Numbered from the stretch's first letter, positions 1-15,096 are shown. The stretch: 64,000 nt of DNA from Paecilomyces variotii (GCA_004022145.1 RCNU01000006.1), one strand, 5' to 3'. Notes: generated by a model from the letters alone, not told the origin. Program-made: numbers and translations.

Positions 1-172
1 TCGCGTTTCGGCATTTTCTCTGATTGTCTATTACATACGGAGTAAATAAAGATATGAGGATATTAAGAGAAAAACAATGCAGCACAACAAAGTCACCGAA
101 GAAAAAAAGAGAAAAAAGGAGAAGAAATAAGAAGAAAAGAGAAGAAAAGAACAGAAAAAAAGAAAAAGGAAG

Positions 173-199
173 CACACGCACACACACACACACACACAC
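173..199. repeat. (CA)n microsatellite, imperfect
   Basis: cacacgcacacacacacacacacacac read directly, next to an A/G-rich low-complexity tract. Confidence 0.9.
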
Positions 200-250
200 G
201 CCAGACAGCAAGTGAGTGAGCGAAAGGGAGAAAGAGGGAAGGGGAGCTAT

Positions 251-1267
251 TCAATTGCCATCTCCGACGTTCAAGGTAAACGCCAAGATAATCTCCGCAA
301 GCGCTTCCATATCGTGGGCGTTGGTGATAACCCATGGGCCATATCGATGCAATTCTAGGAATTTTGAAGTCCGCCGGTCATGCGCCAGATACCTCCAGTA
401 CCGTCTGTCAAGGGTACCCAGTGTCAGGTATATCTCAATCCCATTCTGGGAGACAAGGAAGACTCTGAGACAACGGTTGTTATATTAGTATATAACTTCT
501 ATTTCTTTGCTATGTTCCACGTACCTTCCAGTATCACCACTTGCAGGGCGATGCTCCTGCTTCAGCCATGCGACTATCTGAGAAGCCTCCTGGAGCTGTA
601 CCGACGGTAGAGCATCACGTCTATTAGGAGCTTTACACTCAATCAGAGCGTGTATGTTTTCGGGCTCCCCCCAGATGGAGAGGCCTCCGTCTGTAATGGC
701 TGTATAGTTATCTTGGCTGAAATTGGCTCTCATACAGAACCTGGTGGGAACCCAGCGGGAATACACGCCTGGGAACTTTAGGCAGATTGCCTGCAGAAAA
801 TCTACGAGAGCAAAGTTTACCGTCTCCTCGTCAGCGGTCGGAAGCACATTAAGGGCTGTAGACCCTGGGGTTATCGCTCTTTGGCCCAAGTATATTCTGA
901 GATCCTGTACGTGTCGTTGTTGTTCTCGCGGAAGCTCGAATATTCCCAGCTGGAGAACCTGGGGCTGGCCTTGCTGCGCAACTCCGGCATCAAGGGCGAC
1001 GTTTTGGAGGTATGCCTGAAACTCGGGGCAGCCTTGTAGATGTTGGCGGGCTGTTGTGCGATGTGCACCAAGCCCCCAGTCTGCTGCATTGAAACGGGAA
1101 GCGCGTTTAGTCTGGTACAGGATCCTCAGCGACAAGAATTGCGCAATTGTTGTTCGAGACGCTGATTGCATAGGCCGCAGGGTTTGGATCGTATTTGTCA
1201 CTCTGTAACGTCGGATTTGGTCTTCCCATTCCTCCATCGTTTCTGGAAATTGGAATATGCGTGGCAT
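251..1267 (-). CDS. Hypothetical protein with PD-(D/E)XK nuclease-like motif; exons 1267-525 and 464-251
   Basis: 260-aa ORF continues across a 60-nt intron (GTACGT..TACTAAT..CAG, 524-465) into RVFLVSQNGIEIYLT...FLELHRYGPW...GN*. Motif TAITDGGL...ALIECK...QEASQIVAW. Confidence 0.75.
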
Positions 1268-1503
1268 TTTGAAGAGATGAAGAGTAGCTATATGAGTTTA
1301 GGTTTTGAAGAGTCTAACAGAAGTTCCAGAAGAGTTGTGATACATATAGGTACTTTGGAGTGTTGCGGTATTGGATAGAAGAGACACCGTTTCAGCTAAA
1401 AGAGGAAGATATGGTAGTTGCAATCACAAAGAAACTTCAGTCTAGACAAAAGAAGAATCGTGAAGGTTGAAATTTCAAAGATGTAGACAAAGAAAACATC
1501 CCG

Positions 1504-2636
1504 TCACCTGTAACCAACCGTGGGTCCTGAACACAACATATCACTCCCAATCTGGTGCGGTCTTGGTCTTGGTTTTGACGGTTCTATACCAATAGGCCGA
1601 CCCAAGAACCAGCGGTAGAACAATGGAAAAGGCGCTGTTGAGTTATGCTCAAAACTATATAGACGACTACATGCTACCTTAACCCTGCACTGGTCCTCAA
1701 TGTAGGCTTCCAAGATTCGACCATTCTGAGGAGCAACGAACGATACCATTAATACCTGAGTTACTCCCGATTAGCTTTTGCCGACTAATATATTCTAAGC
1801 AATATGACTAGAGGAGAACTCCAAACTTACCGGCTGCGGTTGTTTCTTAGCAAATAGACCTTCATGCAGACGGGTTCTCATCACATGGAGAATGTAAGCC
1901 AACTCATGGCGCAGTATCAGGTCATCGTTCACGATATCTTTGGTGTTATGTTGAACAACCATGGTAACATGTGGGTATACATAGTCTACCGCCTCGAACA
2001 TGATCTTGACTGGGTGCATATCGTCTCGAAGATACTTCCGCGACGGCAGATAATATGCTTGGGATAATGTGACCGTGTGACTGTAAAACCAAGAGCTATT
2101 AGCATATTATACAATTTGTCATCGGAAAGAGTATAATATAATAAAACTCACTTGACCTCAGACCAGTCGACAAGGTCCGTCAGGCAGTCCCCAACAAAGC
2201 CCTCGCGGCTCAGTCGCGGAACACGGGAGATATGTTGCTCAAAAACAGCAACAACCTCTTCAAGACATTCCTTCGGACCCCAGTACCTCTGGCCAAATTC
2301 CTTTATCCTATCTTCAGCTATAGCAGCTGAGGAATCGTAGTCCCTCAAAACAAGAAATTCCGGGTCCCGTTTCAACAACTTTTCTAGCCGCTGTGAGTCA
2401 ATAGGATGTACAGACATAAAAGCGTCGGTCAGTGGTTCGAAGTAAGAGCCAGCGACTGGTCTGTTCTCTCTTCCAGAATCAGGGCTAGTTTCGAGTTCGA
2501 GACGGGTAATTTGTATTCCCATCTTGTTACATTGAGAATGAGTAAGTAGCTCATCCTTGCAGTCGCAAATTCTGTTCCAGCGAGTTTCAACGGTTTGCTG
2601 AGAGCGAGTTTGCGGGCCCTGAAGGGTAGGAGGCAT
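1504..2636 (-). CDS. Fungal hypothetical protein; exons 2636-2152, 2080-1831, 1755-1504
   Basis: Three ORF pieces join in frame through canonical introns (GTGAGT..GCTAAT..CAG 2151-2081; GTAAGT..GCTAAT..CAG 1830-1756). C-terminal part ILRHELAYILHVMRTRL...VLMVSFVAPQNGRILEAY. Start ATG is tentative. Confidence 0.7.
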
Positions 2637-3853
2637 ATTCGGGCAATTTGAAATAAAATGTGGTGCTGTATAAAAATTCACCGTCTCCTGCAGTTGTATG
2701 CACAGTACAAGTAAGGACAGCTATTCGCATAAGAGTTAGAAAACTGAAAATAAATCCAGTCAATATTGAATAAGGAGTGGAGTTGACATTTCTTTGTTGT
2801 ATTCTATGACTACCTTTACATAGCCGGCGTCATCATGTGACTTACCGTAATGTTTGCAGCCGCCTACAACCGTCATCTATGTATTACACTGTCTTTGTTG
2901 GTGCCTAGTTATCTACCCACTGCGCCGCTAGCAAGAGTGGTAACAAAAATAACGAATAGCTATTTCTTTGAACTATGCATTGGTCTATGATAGGAGATAT
3001 CGCTTGAGATCTGCGGAGTAATAGGTGGTGAAGATCTAAAGCCACGAAAGTCTAAGGTGAAAGCCAATGTACGATGCTGATAGGATCCTTTCATTCTATT
3101 TTAGTCTAGAAATTGATATAGGAGAATCAGGGCCATGGTCTCCATTCTTTCTGGTTACCAATTGGAAAGCTCCTAGAAGATAAACTTGATATTTCCCTTT
3201 TCAAGGGCTCACTCCAAACACAGATCAAAGCAGTCTCCCGCTTGTCCGCGAGTTAAAGAACCGATATCAAATCTACATACTGTGGATGCATGAGCTGATT
3301 TCCAGTGGTAGAGATTATGCCTTGCCAGAACGATGGCGGTGGGATATGGCGGGGTAGTGAGTAGATGGACACAGGCGTTGTCTGCGACGCTTTACAATTT
3401 ACCAGATCGCTGGGAAACTTCTTTACTGTCCACTATGAGATTTGGAGTAATATTGCCCTGGAAAGCAGCTTTATTATTCCAGAAAGTTATAGCAACAGCC
3501 TGAGCCCGTGTTAATAGCTGATAACTAATGCTTACTATAGCTATCTTATCACACCATCAGCAGAATCCTCACCGCCTTTCAGGCCGTTTCCTGAGTGGCG
3601 CATTAGCAACAGCCTTGATTGGTGATGACCCCACCCGGCAGAGGCAGAGAAAAAAAAAACCATCAGTACTTCCCGTGAGAACTTTTTCTTCTTTTCTTTT
3701 CTTTTCTTGGGAAAGGAATCTTTTCCCCGTCAACAGAACGTTTTCACCGTCGCTCTGTTGGTCGTGATCTCATAAAATCTCTTTTTTCTTATCTTTTCTT
3801 TCTCTCTTTTCTAACGAATAACGACTTTTTTCTCGGAAAAAAGCGAGTTCACG

Positions 3854-5747
<1,894 letters not shown>

Positions 5748-6071
5748 ATTCGAAACATGAGATGACACCGTATGGAATTTTTACCGTACTCTGATACCAT
5801 TGATTCTCATTCGACGACGTGTAGCTACGTCGCAAAAAGAAAAAAACGGGGTTCAGGTTCTGGAGTTTTATTGAGGAGAGATTGTGGTTTCCATGTTCAT
5901 GTTATGCTTGGTTCAAGTTAAGTACTGGACGCCTCGGTCCACGGGCGGCTAATCCTTCCCCGCATCCCGGAGCGCATTCCAGTCGGTAGATAGTCCGTAC
6001 CTGAGGTACCTTAACGCAATTAAAATGAATCTTATGCAGTTCCTATGACACTACTCCTGCCCTCAGTAGAG

Positions 6072-7492
6072 ATGGTTTCTTTTCTTGGTGTATCTATAAG
6101 CCTCCTTCGCCAGCCACTGCATCGATCCGTAAAGATCCTACCTCAGCGCAATCCCTTGTGTTGCCTGAAGTGCTACCCAGTTCCAACGGCTCGACGTTCA
6201 TATTCCCTTCATTACTCTACAGTGGCCAGTCGGGATAAGACCATCTCATCCCAGGGCATGTCACAGAAGACTGCACGCCCTGCCAAAGGCAAGCCTTCGC
6301 CTCCAAGACCCAGTTCAAGGTTAGAATAATGTCCAATCATCGTACCTGTCTGCCAAGTTTCACAAGAGCATACACGTAATGGCAATATGAACACATATTG
6401 ACCATAGATATATCCACCCCTTTTGATACTATGTTCAATGCATAAAGAAGCTGACAGTAGTGTAGTGTAATCCTGGTCTCGCCAAAGAATGAGATCCTTT
6501 TGCTACACCGCGTCAAGAGCTCCTCGTCATTTGCGTCCGCGCATGTCTTCCCAGGAGGAAACATCTCGCTGCAAGACGGAGAATATCCGCCGCCAGAGCA
6601 TCCCAAGAGACACGACGAAGCAATTTACTACCGGAAGGCAGCAATCAGAGAGCTATTCGAAGAGAGCGGAATTCTCCTTGCCAAGGACAAGTCTACCGGT
6701 CGGATGATCACTGTTGATCCCGCGGAGAAAGAGAATGGCAGACATGCCATCCATAGACGGGAGACGACCTTCCCTGAATGGCTCAAGAAGCAGAACGAGA
6801 ATGCCGAGCCTGATACAGGTAGGCATTACGGGGGTGTTCTCAACGTGAAGATAAACTACTGCTAATTCCGTATCTTTACAGAGCCTCTGATCCCTTTTAC
6901 GCATTGGATCACACCCATAAATGCCCCTAAGCGGTTCACTACGCAAATGTACCTCTATTTCCTGCCTCTTCCGCAGGAGTCGGAGAAGCAGCTTCTGCGG
7001 GATATCCCGGCGGAGGGTGGACGTGAAGAGGTCCAAGTGCCTACTACTGATGGAGGTGTTGAGATCATGGAAGCACGGTTCCTGCCGGCTTCGGAATGGC
7101 TACGGTTAGCAGGTGCAGGAGAGATCATCCTGTTCCCACCGCAGTATATGTTGCTACATATCGTCTCTGGGTTCCTGGATAAGGAACCTCGAGACACTGC
7201 CTCGCCCGAGGAGCTGAAGAGGCGCCGATCGGAGCTAGTCGAGTTCGTGCATTCTGGCAGTCCTCCTTGGACGGAAAAATATATTTCACCCAAGATGCTG
7301 AAGATGCTGCCAGACGGAAGAGTTGTCCTGGCGCTGGACAGCCCGGGACCTGAGCTTAGGGGCTCAGATAAGAAGGGTGAAAGTGATCGAGTGGTGATTG
7401 TACGCTTCAATAAAGAGGGTCCTCGTGAGGTTGAGGTACGGTGGAAGAAGGACATGTTTGAGGATGAGGGGAATGGAAAGAGTAATTTGTGA
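6072..7492 (+). CDS. Nudix hydrolase (NUDT19-like, probable acyl-CoA diphosphatase); exons 6072-6319, 6466-6818, 6882-7492
   Basis: RPSSSVILVSP..LLHR..HVFPGG..AAIRELFEESGILL Nudix box, FTHWITP..KRFTTQMY. Alternative in-frame ATGs at 6045, 6072 and 6258. Confidence 0.88.
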
Positions 7493-7810
7493 TCGTATCT
7501 ACCTATATCATATATCCTAGATATCCTAGATAATTACACACTGTCCTCTACAGGATCCATATTTTGTACTGTACGAAGACTTCTGCGGAGAATGTTAGGT
7601 TCGACTACTTAATACCACGCACGCTAGCACTCCGGACACGCCACTTTGGGCGAACCCTCGATAAGGTCACATGACCCACAATGGCTCGGCTGCGGAACAA
7701 GTGCAGCGCACCGCGGATTTTCACACGACCGTCAACGCCAGCAGCATCACTCCGCCAGCGCACCGTCCGTCTTCCCACCGTCAACCTCAAGACCTTTACA
7801 GACCGCCAAA

Positions 7811-8329
7811 ATGGAGAACGAGAAGGGAGAGATCGTCGATCTGTACGTATGCCCGGAATCCTGCAGTTTTGATCCATGGAGGGGAAGACAGTCGCGGCCC
7901 GTACACAGCAATACGGACTTCCAAATTGCTTGCCAATTCGGCACGGAAACTGGGAGGACTCATCATACGCAGATATCTGCTATGACGGAAGTGCGATGAC
8001 GGGGACTGTCGGTTTTCCGGCGACATTTCTACCTTGGAATTTCAGATCTAGTGAAGATGGGATCAGTTTTTGTCTAACGTGACTCTTTTTCATCAAACAG
8101 CTACGTCCCCCGCAAGTGCAGCGCCACCAACCGCATCATCAAGGCCGACGACCACGCCTCCGTCCAGATCTCCATCGGCAAGGTTGACGAGAACGGCCGT
8201 CTCACCGATGAGCGCCAGGTCTACGCCCTGTGCGGTTTCATCCGCGCCCGTGGCGAGAGCGACGACTCTCTGAACCGCCTCGCTCAGCGTGACGGTCTCC
8301 TCAAGAACGTCTGGTCCGCCCAGCGATAA
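7811..8329 (+). CDS. RPS21: 40S ribosomal protein eS21; exons 7811-7842, 8101-8329
   Basis: [36 protein letters not shown]...[15 protein letters not shown]; 258-nt intron GTACGT..CTAAC..CAG. Confidence 0.98.
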
Positions 8330-9073
8330 ACGCAAGTCGTTTTTTGTTCGGGGTGTTGACGGATATGGTGTTTATGGTGAGCACCGTCGAAATCGAATGG
8401 AAAGAGAGGACGACCTGCTGACGACCGCGCAACGACAGATACCGTGACATGAGGAAAAAAAGAAAAGTCTGCGGGAATTGGGGCGGTAGCTTCGAGAAAA
8501 CCATTCTATTATCGATGCGGGGGAGAAAACAGGGGAAGTGAATGAGGGAAAAGACAACCACAGAAAATCTGATCGGTTTCTTTTCGCATTGCGCGCAGAA
8601 CTATCCCTGACAGAAAGTTCATTTTCTTTTTAAGAATGCTACGCTAGATAATAAGGCTTTCTTCGAATGTCACGGCTTCCCTGGACATGAACGGCCTCGA
8701 AGTCTACGACTCTGTTTTTTGATCAAAAAATGGAAATTCCGCTTCAAAAATTCATTCTTTCTTTTCTTCCTTGTTTCACACTTCCTCCCCTTCAACCCCC
8801 CAAACACCAAAAACCACTCACTCCCTTCCCTAAATTTCTTAAAAAAACAAGACCAAGAAATCGGCACATCAAGGCCTCCTCACTCGTTCTTTTTTGCTTT
8901 CCTCCTTTTTCCTTGGAAGAAAAGCAAAAAGAACAATTTCTCTCCCATGAGCGAGGAGGTAGACAAGTAAATCATCCATCCAAAGCCGAACATCATGTTC
9001 CAATTTCCCCCGCCTACTGAAGAGCCGTGGTGACAGAGATTCCGCGCCGGGGCACAGATACGGGCGGGACATT

Positions 9074-9098
9074 CATATACATATACATATACATATAC

Positions 9099-9129
<31 letters not shown>

Positions 9130-9158
9130 TACATATACACATACATATACACATACAA
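9074..9158. repeat. Compound (CATATA/CATACA)n hexamer microsatellite
   Basis: Tandem catata/cataca units read directly; source of the spurious YVYVYV ORF. Confidence 0.9.
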
Positions 9159-9817
9159 TATTAGATATCTATCTATTCTTCGTGTTGGTCTTATTGTTGC
9201 GTAGGGACTGGTTAGTTACTTATGTGCTGTTCTATGTATTGTTATGTGTGGTTTGGTTCATGGTAGGAGGAATTGTACGGTATGTACTGTATGTACAGTA
9301 TATATGTAGTTAGTGATATGTATGATCGGAGTTAGGAGAATAGAGACGAGTCTCAGGATTATTTTATAAAAATTTCCCCTGTGCTTGGTAATGTATCACC
9401 GTCTACTGTCTGTAGGGTATGGTTATTTTGCCGTCTCTCGAATATTGGCTGGATATCTGGTGAATTCTTTTTTGCTAGGTGAGGATTTGTCTATTGGAGT
9501 GGGATATGTATGCTCAAGGGAATTGAAAGCTGCGACTTAATGGTCCCTGAAGTATGTAAATATAGATCCAACTGGCTTCATCCGATATATTCGTCGAATC
9601 GTAGCTTAAATAGGAAATATGTCCATGAGTGTAATATGATCTTTTTTTTTTCTTTGTCTTTCGCCATTCATTCGTGATGCTCATTCTACCCTTTTTGGTT
9701 TCTTTTTACTCTAGTTTCGTTTCTATGTCTGTGTGCAACTACATAGAATATTTAAAAACGGGTATGTAGTCCTTTTTTCTGTTTTTCTTCTCTCTCTCTG
9801 TTTTTTTTTTGATCGTC

Positions 9818-11444
9818 TTATTCCTTCTCGAGGCGCACGGCAGGGTTCGTCGCGATGAAGTTGAGGTCGACCTTGTGTCCGAGCAGTTCTCGGATATTGC
9901 TGACACCGTACCTAATCGGGAGTGGTTAGTGACTGGTAAGACAACTTGGCAGGGAGATGTAGCTTGGAAGGAACTTACTTGATCATGGTCGGTCGTTCCA
10001 AACTCAGACCCCATCCGTAGACTCTCATGTCCTTGGGAATACCCATGGGTTCCAGCATCTCTGGTCGGAACATACCACTATTACCGATCTCGACCCATTT
10101 TCCGAGACCATCGTGGTAACCGAAGATCTCCATACTGGGTTCTGTGTACGGGTTGTATGCGGGCTTGAAGCGCAGCCGATGGATGCCCATCTTGGCGAAG
10201 AAGACCTCCATGAAGCCAATCAGGCCACCCAGGGCGAGACCAAAGTCAGCAATGACACCCTCGATCTGGTGGAATTCCGCCAAATGGGTAGCATCGACAG
10301 CCTCGTTACGGAACACCCGGTCGATACTGAAGTATCTGGCTGGCCGGGGGTTAGCCGCCAATTTGTGCAGCATGTATGTCGAGACGGATGTAGTGTGAGT
10401 TCGCAGAACCAGGCGGAGAGACTCGTCTGCGCTCCATGGATAACGGTAACCGATGGAGCCGTACTTTCCATTCTCATGCACAGCACGAACATTCTCCCAG
10501 TACTCCTTGTAGTCCAGCGGCTTCTCGGTAGCTTTCGTCGAAGTCAGCTGCGAAGAAGGCTTGGGGACGTGAGGGTCATTCGGGGGATCTTCGCGAGGAG
10601 GATCAGCCTTGGCGGGGTCTGCAATGTAGAAAGTATCCTGGAGATCACGGGCAGGGTGCTGCTGGGGCACGAAAAGAGCGTCGAAGTTCCAGAAGCCGGT
10701 CTCGACGAAGCGGTTCGTGGGCATCTCCTCGAAACCCATCTCGAAGAAGATATTCCTGAACTCCTGTCGCACCTTGTTCAAGGGGTGCAGTGCACCGCTA
10801 GGGGTCGGGGCACCCTTTGCCTTGAAGTTGTAAGGCTTCAGGTGTGCGGTCTTCCAAGAGCCGTTGGCCAGCATCTCGGCTGTCAGGTCGGTCTCCTCCT
10901 TGACGAACTCTCGGGCATACTTGGGACCTTTCGAAATCTTGAAGTGGATGACCTTTGTGGGCGTCACAAGCTTCCTCTTCTTCAGGTCCGTAACGACCTT
11001 CGCGTCCGGATGTGTGTGGGTATCCTTGATAATCTGCAACTGCTCGCGGGTCTCGTCGCGGATGGAATCGGTGTTGGCCCGCAGCACATCCTTGTCCTTC
11101 TTGATCCATCCTCTCTTGAAGGCGTTGCCCTGTCCGATCTTTGCATTCTCCTTTCCCACGATACCAGGCAGATCTCCGATCTTCAAGCCGTCCAAGGCGG
11201 CGACGACAGCCTCGAAAACTCTTGCTTCGTGACTGCCATTGGTCACAACAGACTCTCCTTCATCCGTCAGCGCGATGACCTCTTTGTCAAAGGTGGTATA
11301 TTCGACCATCTGCCTCGAGGCGAGGCGGTCGAGGGCGGCCTTGATCGTCAATGAGGGGGTGGAGGGGAAAGCTTCTGTCGAGAGAATCGGACCGTCGGCC
11401 GAGGACAGGGCGTCCAAGATGGGCGCCGTCATATCGGACGCCAT
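9818..11444 (-). CDS. FRS2: Cytosolic phenylalanyl-tRNA synthetase alpha subunit; exons 11444-9979, 9911-9818
   Basis: FWNFDALFVPQQHPARDLQDTF, RVFRNEAVDATHLAEFHQIEG, GWGLSLERPTMIK|YGVSNIRELLGHKVDL; intron 9978-9912. Confidence 0.97.
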
Positions 11445-11560
11445 GGCTGCAGTGGTCGGAGCAGCAGGAAAGGGCGACAGTAAAAGGCAGGAGTCCAACC
11501 AGGTGCTGGTGAGGGTCTTTGGTCGATTATCGTCAAGTCTCCGCTGCCCGTCACTTTCTG

Positions 11561-11639
11561 TGACTCTTTCGGATGCGCTTAATTTCGATACGGCGGGGTG
11601 GAGGGGCCACGCACGCTGCCCGCGCTGTCCCGTGACTCT
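11561..11639. promoter_or_regulatory. Two TGACTCT CpcA/Gcn4-type elements upstream of PheRS alpha
   Basis: TGACTCT at 11561-11567 and 11633-11639, about 120-195 bp upstream of the ATG. Confidence 0.45.
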
Positions 11640-12344
11640 ATCATATCGCTCACCTCGTCCATGGAGTAAGACTGCATCTTTCATATAATTACATACTGTC
11701 TGTATGGATTTTGACTGTTATGGGATGGGACGCTAGTAGCTGTTTTCTTTTTTAGATGTCGAAATAACAATATTCGTTCCGGACATTCCTCTCATCAAGC
11801 TTACTTACTCATCGATATATTTTTTACCCGCAGTAAGTACTTAACTCCCTCGCATATACATCAACGTTCGTCCCCTGGCCTTCGAACCCATATAAATAGA
11901 CAACTAAGTCCTGCAAGATGGCAAGATGATATTATCGAATACTACAGAGGTTCTTGCCCACCAGGAATGTATCATCTGAACTGACTTCTACAACTGACGC
12001 TATTTTGTCATGGCACAGGAACCCCTCTAGATACCATATCCAGCTAGGCCGTAGTGACCTTCAAACTTAACTAACAGCCCGCCGGCTCCAAAGCGAAACC
12101 GCGATTTCAATATATCTTACTGCCGGCGTCATTATTATTGACGATTGTTGCTATTTCGATTTTCGAAGCAGGGCTGCGGCCCTGAGCACTGTTACACCGG
12201 AAGATGCTCCAACGGACCCGCGGATAGCACGTGTAACAACAGATCGTAAGGACCAGTCGGATAGCGTAGTTTGAGAAACATGGACGAACTGTTGTGTTCG
12301 TCAGGGATCTTATTATTTTCCACTGTACCGAGACCAGAAAGGTG

Positions 12345-12371
12345 CCCCCCCCCCCCCCCCCCCCCCCCCCC
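12345..12371. repeat. Poly(C)/poly(G) homopolymer, 27 nt
   Basis: Uninterrupted C run in intergenic DNA. Confidence 0.95.
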
Positions 12372-15096
12372 AGACCGCCAAATTGGCGAAAGGATCTGTA
12401 CCTGGATGATGTAGTCATGCTGATCTAGCACCCTTCACCTCCTTAATATTGGAGCGGATGGGAGTCGCGAGGACTGGTCCTTTCAATTATGGTAGAGTAC
12501 TTTGTTAGTAGTGCTGGCGAATAGAGTGATCAGCAGGCGGGTGGCGTATACAGGATATTCGAAGCAGCAGAGTGGCCATCATCATACGGGCTATGCTTCA
12601 TTGTACTGTACTCAGGAATCCAGTCTGAAGGACATCAAATCCCGACATGATAGTTCAAGTGATCCCCGGCACGAAATGCCGCACTGGTCACGAGATCAAC
12701 TATCGATCCATGTGGACGCGCCTGAGCTTGACTCGAGTCTAGCAGAGCCTAGACCTGGAAGGGCGCTGGCGATTCATGCCGGCTATCCAAGATGTTGTTG
12801 TCCATCAATCAATATTTCTTGGACAGCCAGTTTTGAAGAATGAACGCCAGTGGATATGAGGTTGGCACACGACGCGACGGGGGCAACGATGGAGGCGAAA
12901 ATGAGCACGCAGTAAAACATTCGGAACGGGACGAAGCACAGGCACACCCGGGAAGGGGGGCAATAATTTCTGACCCTGTTTCTATGCGATCTCTCCATCT
13001 CAGGGATAGAGTATTGCGTTCTGTTGACCAGCTTGACCTTGAATAACGGTCAATTCGAGGGTGGCCGACCACTGGATTGGACGCATGTCATGTCCTTGGG
13101 CCTTTGTTTCCGAGAGGCTGGTCGAGGCCGTCGAGGCCATAGCGTGTTTCCCCCCGCGTCCATCAACTTCATGGCGTGCATGCTTTGGAATTGGACCTGT
13201 CGCATCAACGACACTCCCTGTCGTCGTCTTTTGTCGGTGGAAGCGCAATCTAGTTATTCGGGGGGATCGCCTAGTTATGGGCTGTCGCGTGGAAAGGGCC
13301 ACGTGAAAAGGATAGCTATGGCTCATACAGTGACTATCTCTTTCGCCCCATACGTTAATCTAACACCAAGGATGGGATAACTTATCGATAGCAGTGTTGA
13401 CTCTACTACTACTGGAGTTCATAATAATAATTATTATTAATACCTATAGGTTCTGGAAAGAACGCTTCTTCGACCCGGCCAGGTTTCTGTTACAATGCAC
13501 GAGGGACAAAAATAATAACCTATAGAAAAGCTCTTCACAGCTTGGTGCTCCGGGACTGGAGAAAGGAACGTTCTGCCCAGAATAGGATGGCTGTTTGCGC
13601 CACGACATCCGACGATTGGGGAGAGAACGGTGGGGGTTCCACTTGGGATGATCGGGACCGGAGAAAGAATACTATTCCGTGTGTGAAGTTTTGAACTGTG
13701 AACGAGTGCAGAGCATGGTTGGTGGAGTTCTTGGGAGTTCTTCGCTGGTTGCGGTTCCAAGAGACGAAGACCTAAAAAAAAAAAAAAAAAGAGGAAAAGA
13801 GGAAAAAACAAGGTCTGCGCTTGGTTAAGTAATAATAATCCATCCAGTGCGATCCGAACTCTCTGGTCTGGTCCAGAATTCATTAAGCTGCAGGCAGAGA
13901 GAGATAGCAATGGCATATATCCGGGGTTGAGCAACAGAGCAACGATATCGATCTACAATACATTACATACAACAACTCTACAGCCGAAAGTGCCTCCCGG
14001 ATTCGCAGCTGGCTCGTTGACGGTTGACCAGATTCGAAGCGGTGGACTTCGATGGGCTACCGGTTCGACAAGCGCAAAGCCACCTCTGCGCGAGACTAAA
14101 ACCCTCTCCCCACCACGACGAAGGTGGCGTCCAGACAGAGCGAGACGAAACTTTGCGATGGGCTAATCAGCGCGACAGCTGGCCGGCTCTCCGTTTGTCG
14201 TTCACAACAGCAAGAAGCTCGGGGGATCAAAAGAGAAAAAAAGGTCGTGTCCACCATCTAGCGGCTCGGGGGTACAGCCCCAGTTTGGCCCATCGGATCC
14301 CGAGAAGGAGATTCTCTTGGAGCCGTGGTATCGCCGGTCGTTCTCTCTTCTCTGCGCGCGTGTCTCACCAGAGAGAGGGGATCCATAGACGCACCGTGTC
14401 CAAGGGAGGCTCTTTCTCCGGCGCCGGCGCATTGCGACGGTTGTAACTTTGTCGTTCTTGTGTCTTGAACTTTTTTTTTTTCTTTCTGTTTTTTTTGGTA
14501 TGATCCTAGGTCTTTTCTGTAATAATAATAGTAATGTATTATTTTGATTTTATTCTTGTTTGCTGGTGGATTATTATTGCCTGCAGACGGGAATGAACAG
14601 CTGGACGGGAGATACGCGTAACCGTGAACAGAGATCAGAGGGAACCAGGTAATACGTAGTTGATTATTATTACATGACCGACGAGCCAGGAGCAAATCAA
14701 ATCAAACTACTGGTGTGTTTCTTGGGGAGGAAGCTTGCCTGTTTAAGAGTAATAATATTAAATTGATGGGTTTTTTAGGGGGGTCAAGAAGGAGAAGTTG
14801 GCAGACCGCCAGGATCATGATCGCCCCTAAGGTGAAGGGGAAAGAAAGGATGATAAATAATAATGAAGAGAAGATAACTAGAGGCTAATAGTTAGAGACA
14901 TAGATAGTGCGCAAGAAAGAAAAAGCGAGATCATAGTTAGTTAGTTAGTTCTTTTTTTTTTTTCTCCTGCTTGCTTGCTTGCTTTGCCCGGTTGGAATAA
15001 TAATAAATTATTATTATTACAGTACTTGGGATCATTATTATTGGGAAAGCTGAACGTTCGCCCAGGAACCACCCAAGAACCCGCGAACCACAAAAA

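Noticed and set aside
7843-8100. Long RPS21 intron as a snoRNA host or stwintron
   Set aside because: No convincing C/D or H/ACA boxes and no nested splice arrangement found by eye
8880-9158. ORF with a YVYVYV repeat
   Set aside because: Translation of a microsatellite
11445-11684. 80-aa upstream in-frame extension of PheRS alpha
   Set aside because: Overlaps promoter-like motifs; the recognisable protein begins at MASDMT, which has a good GCCATGG context
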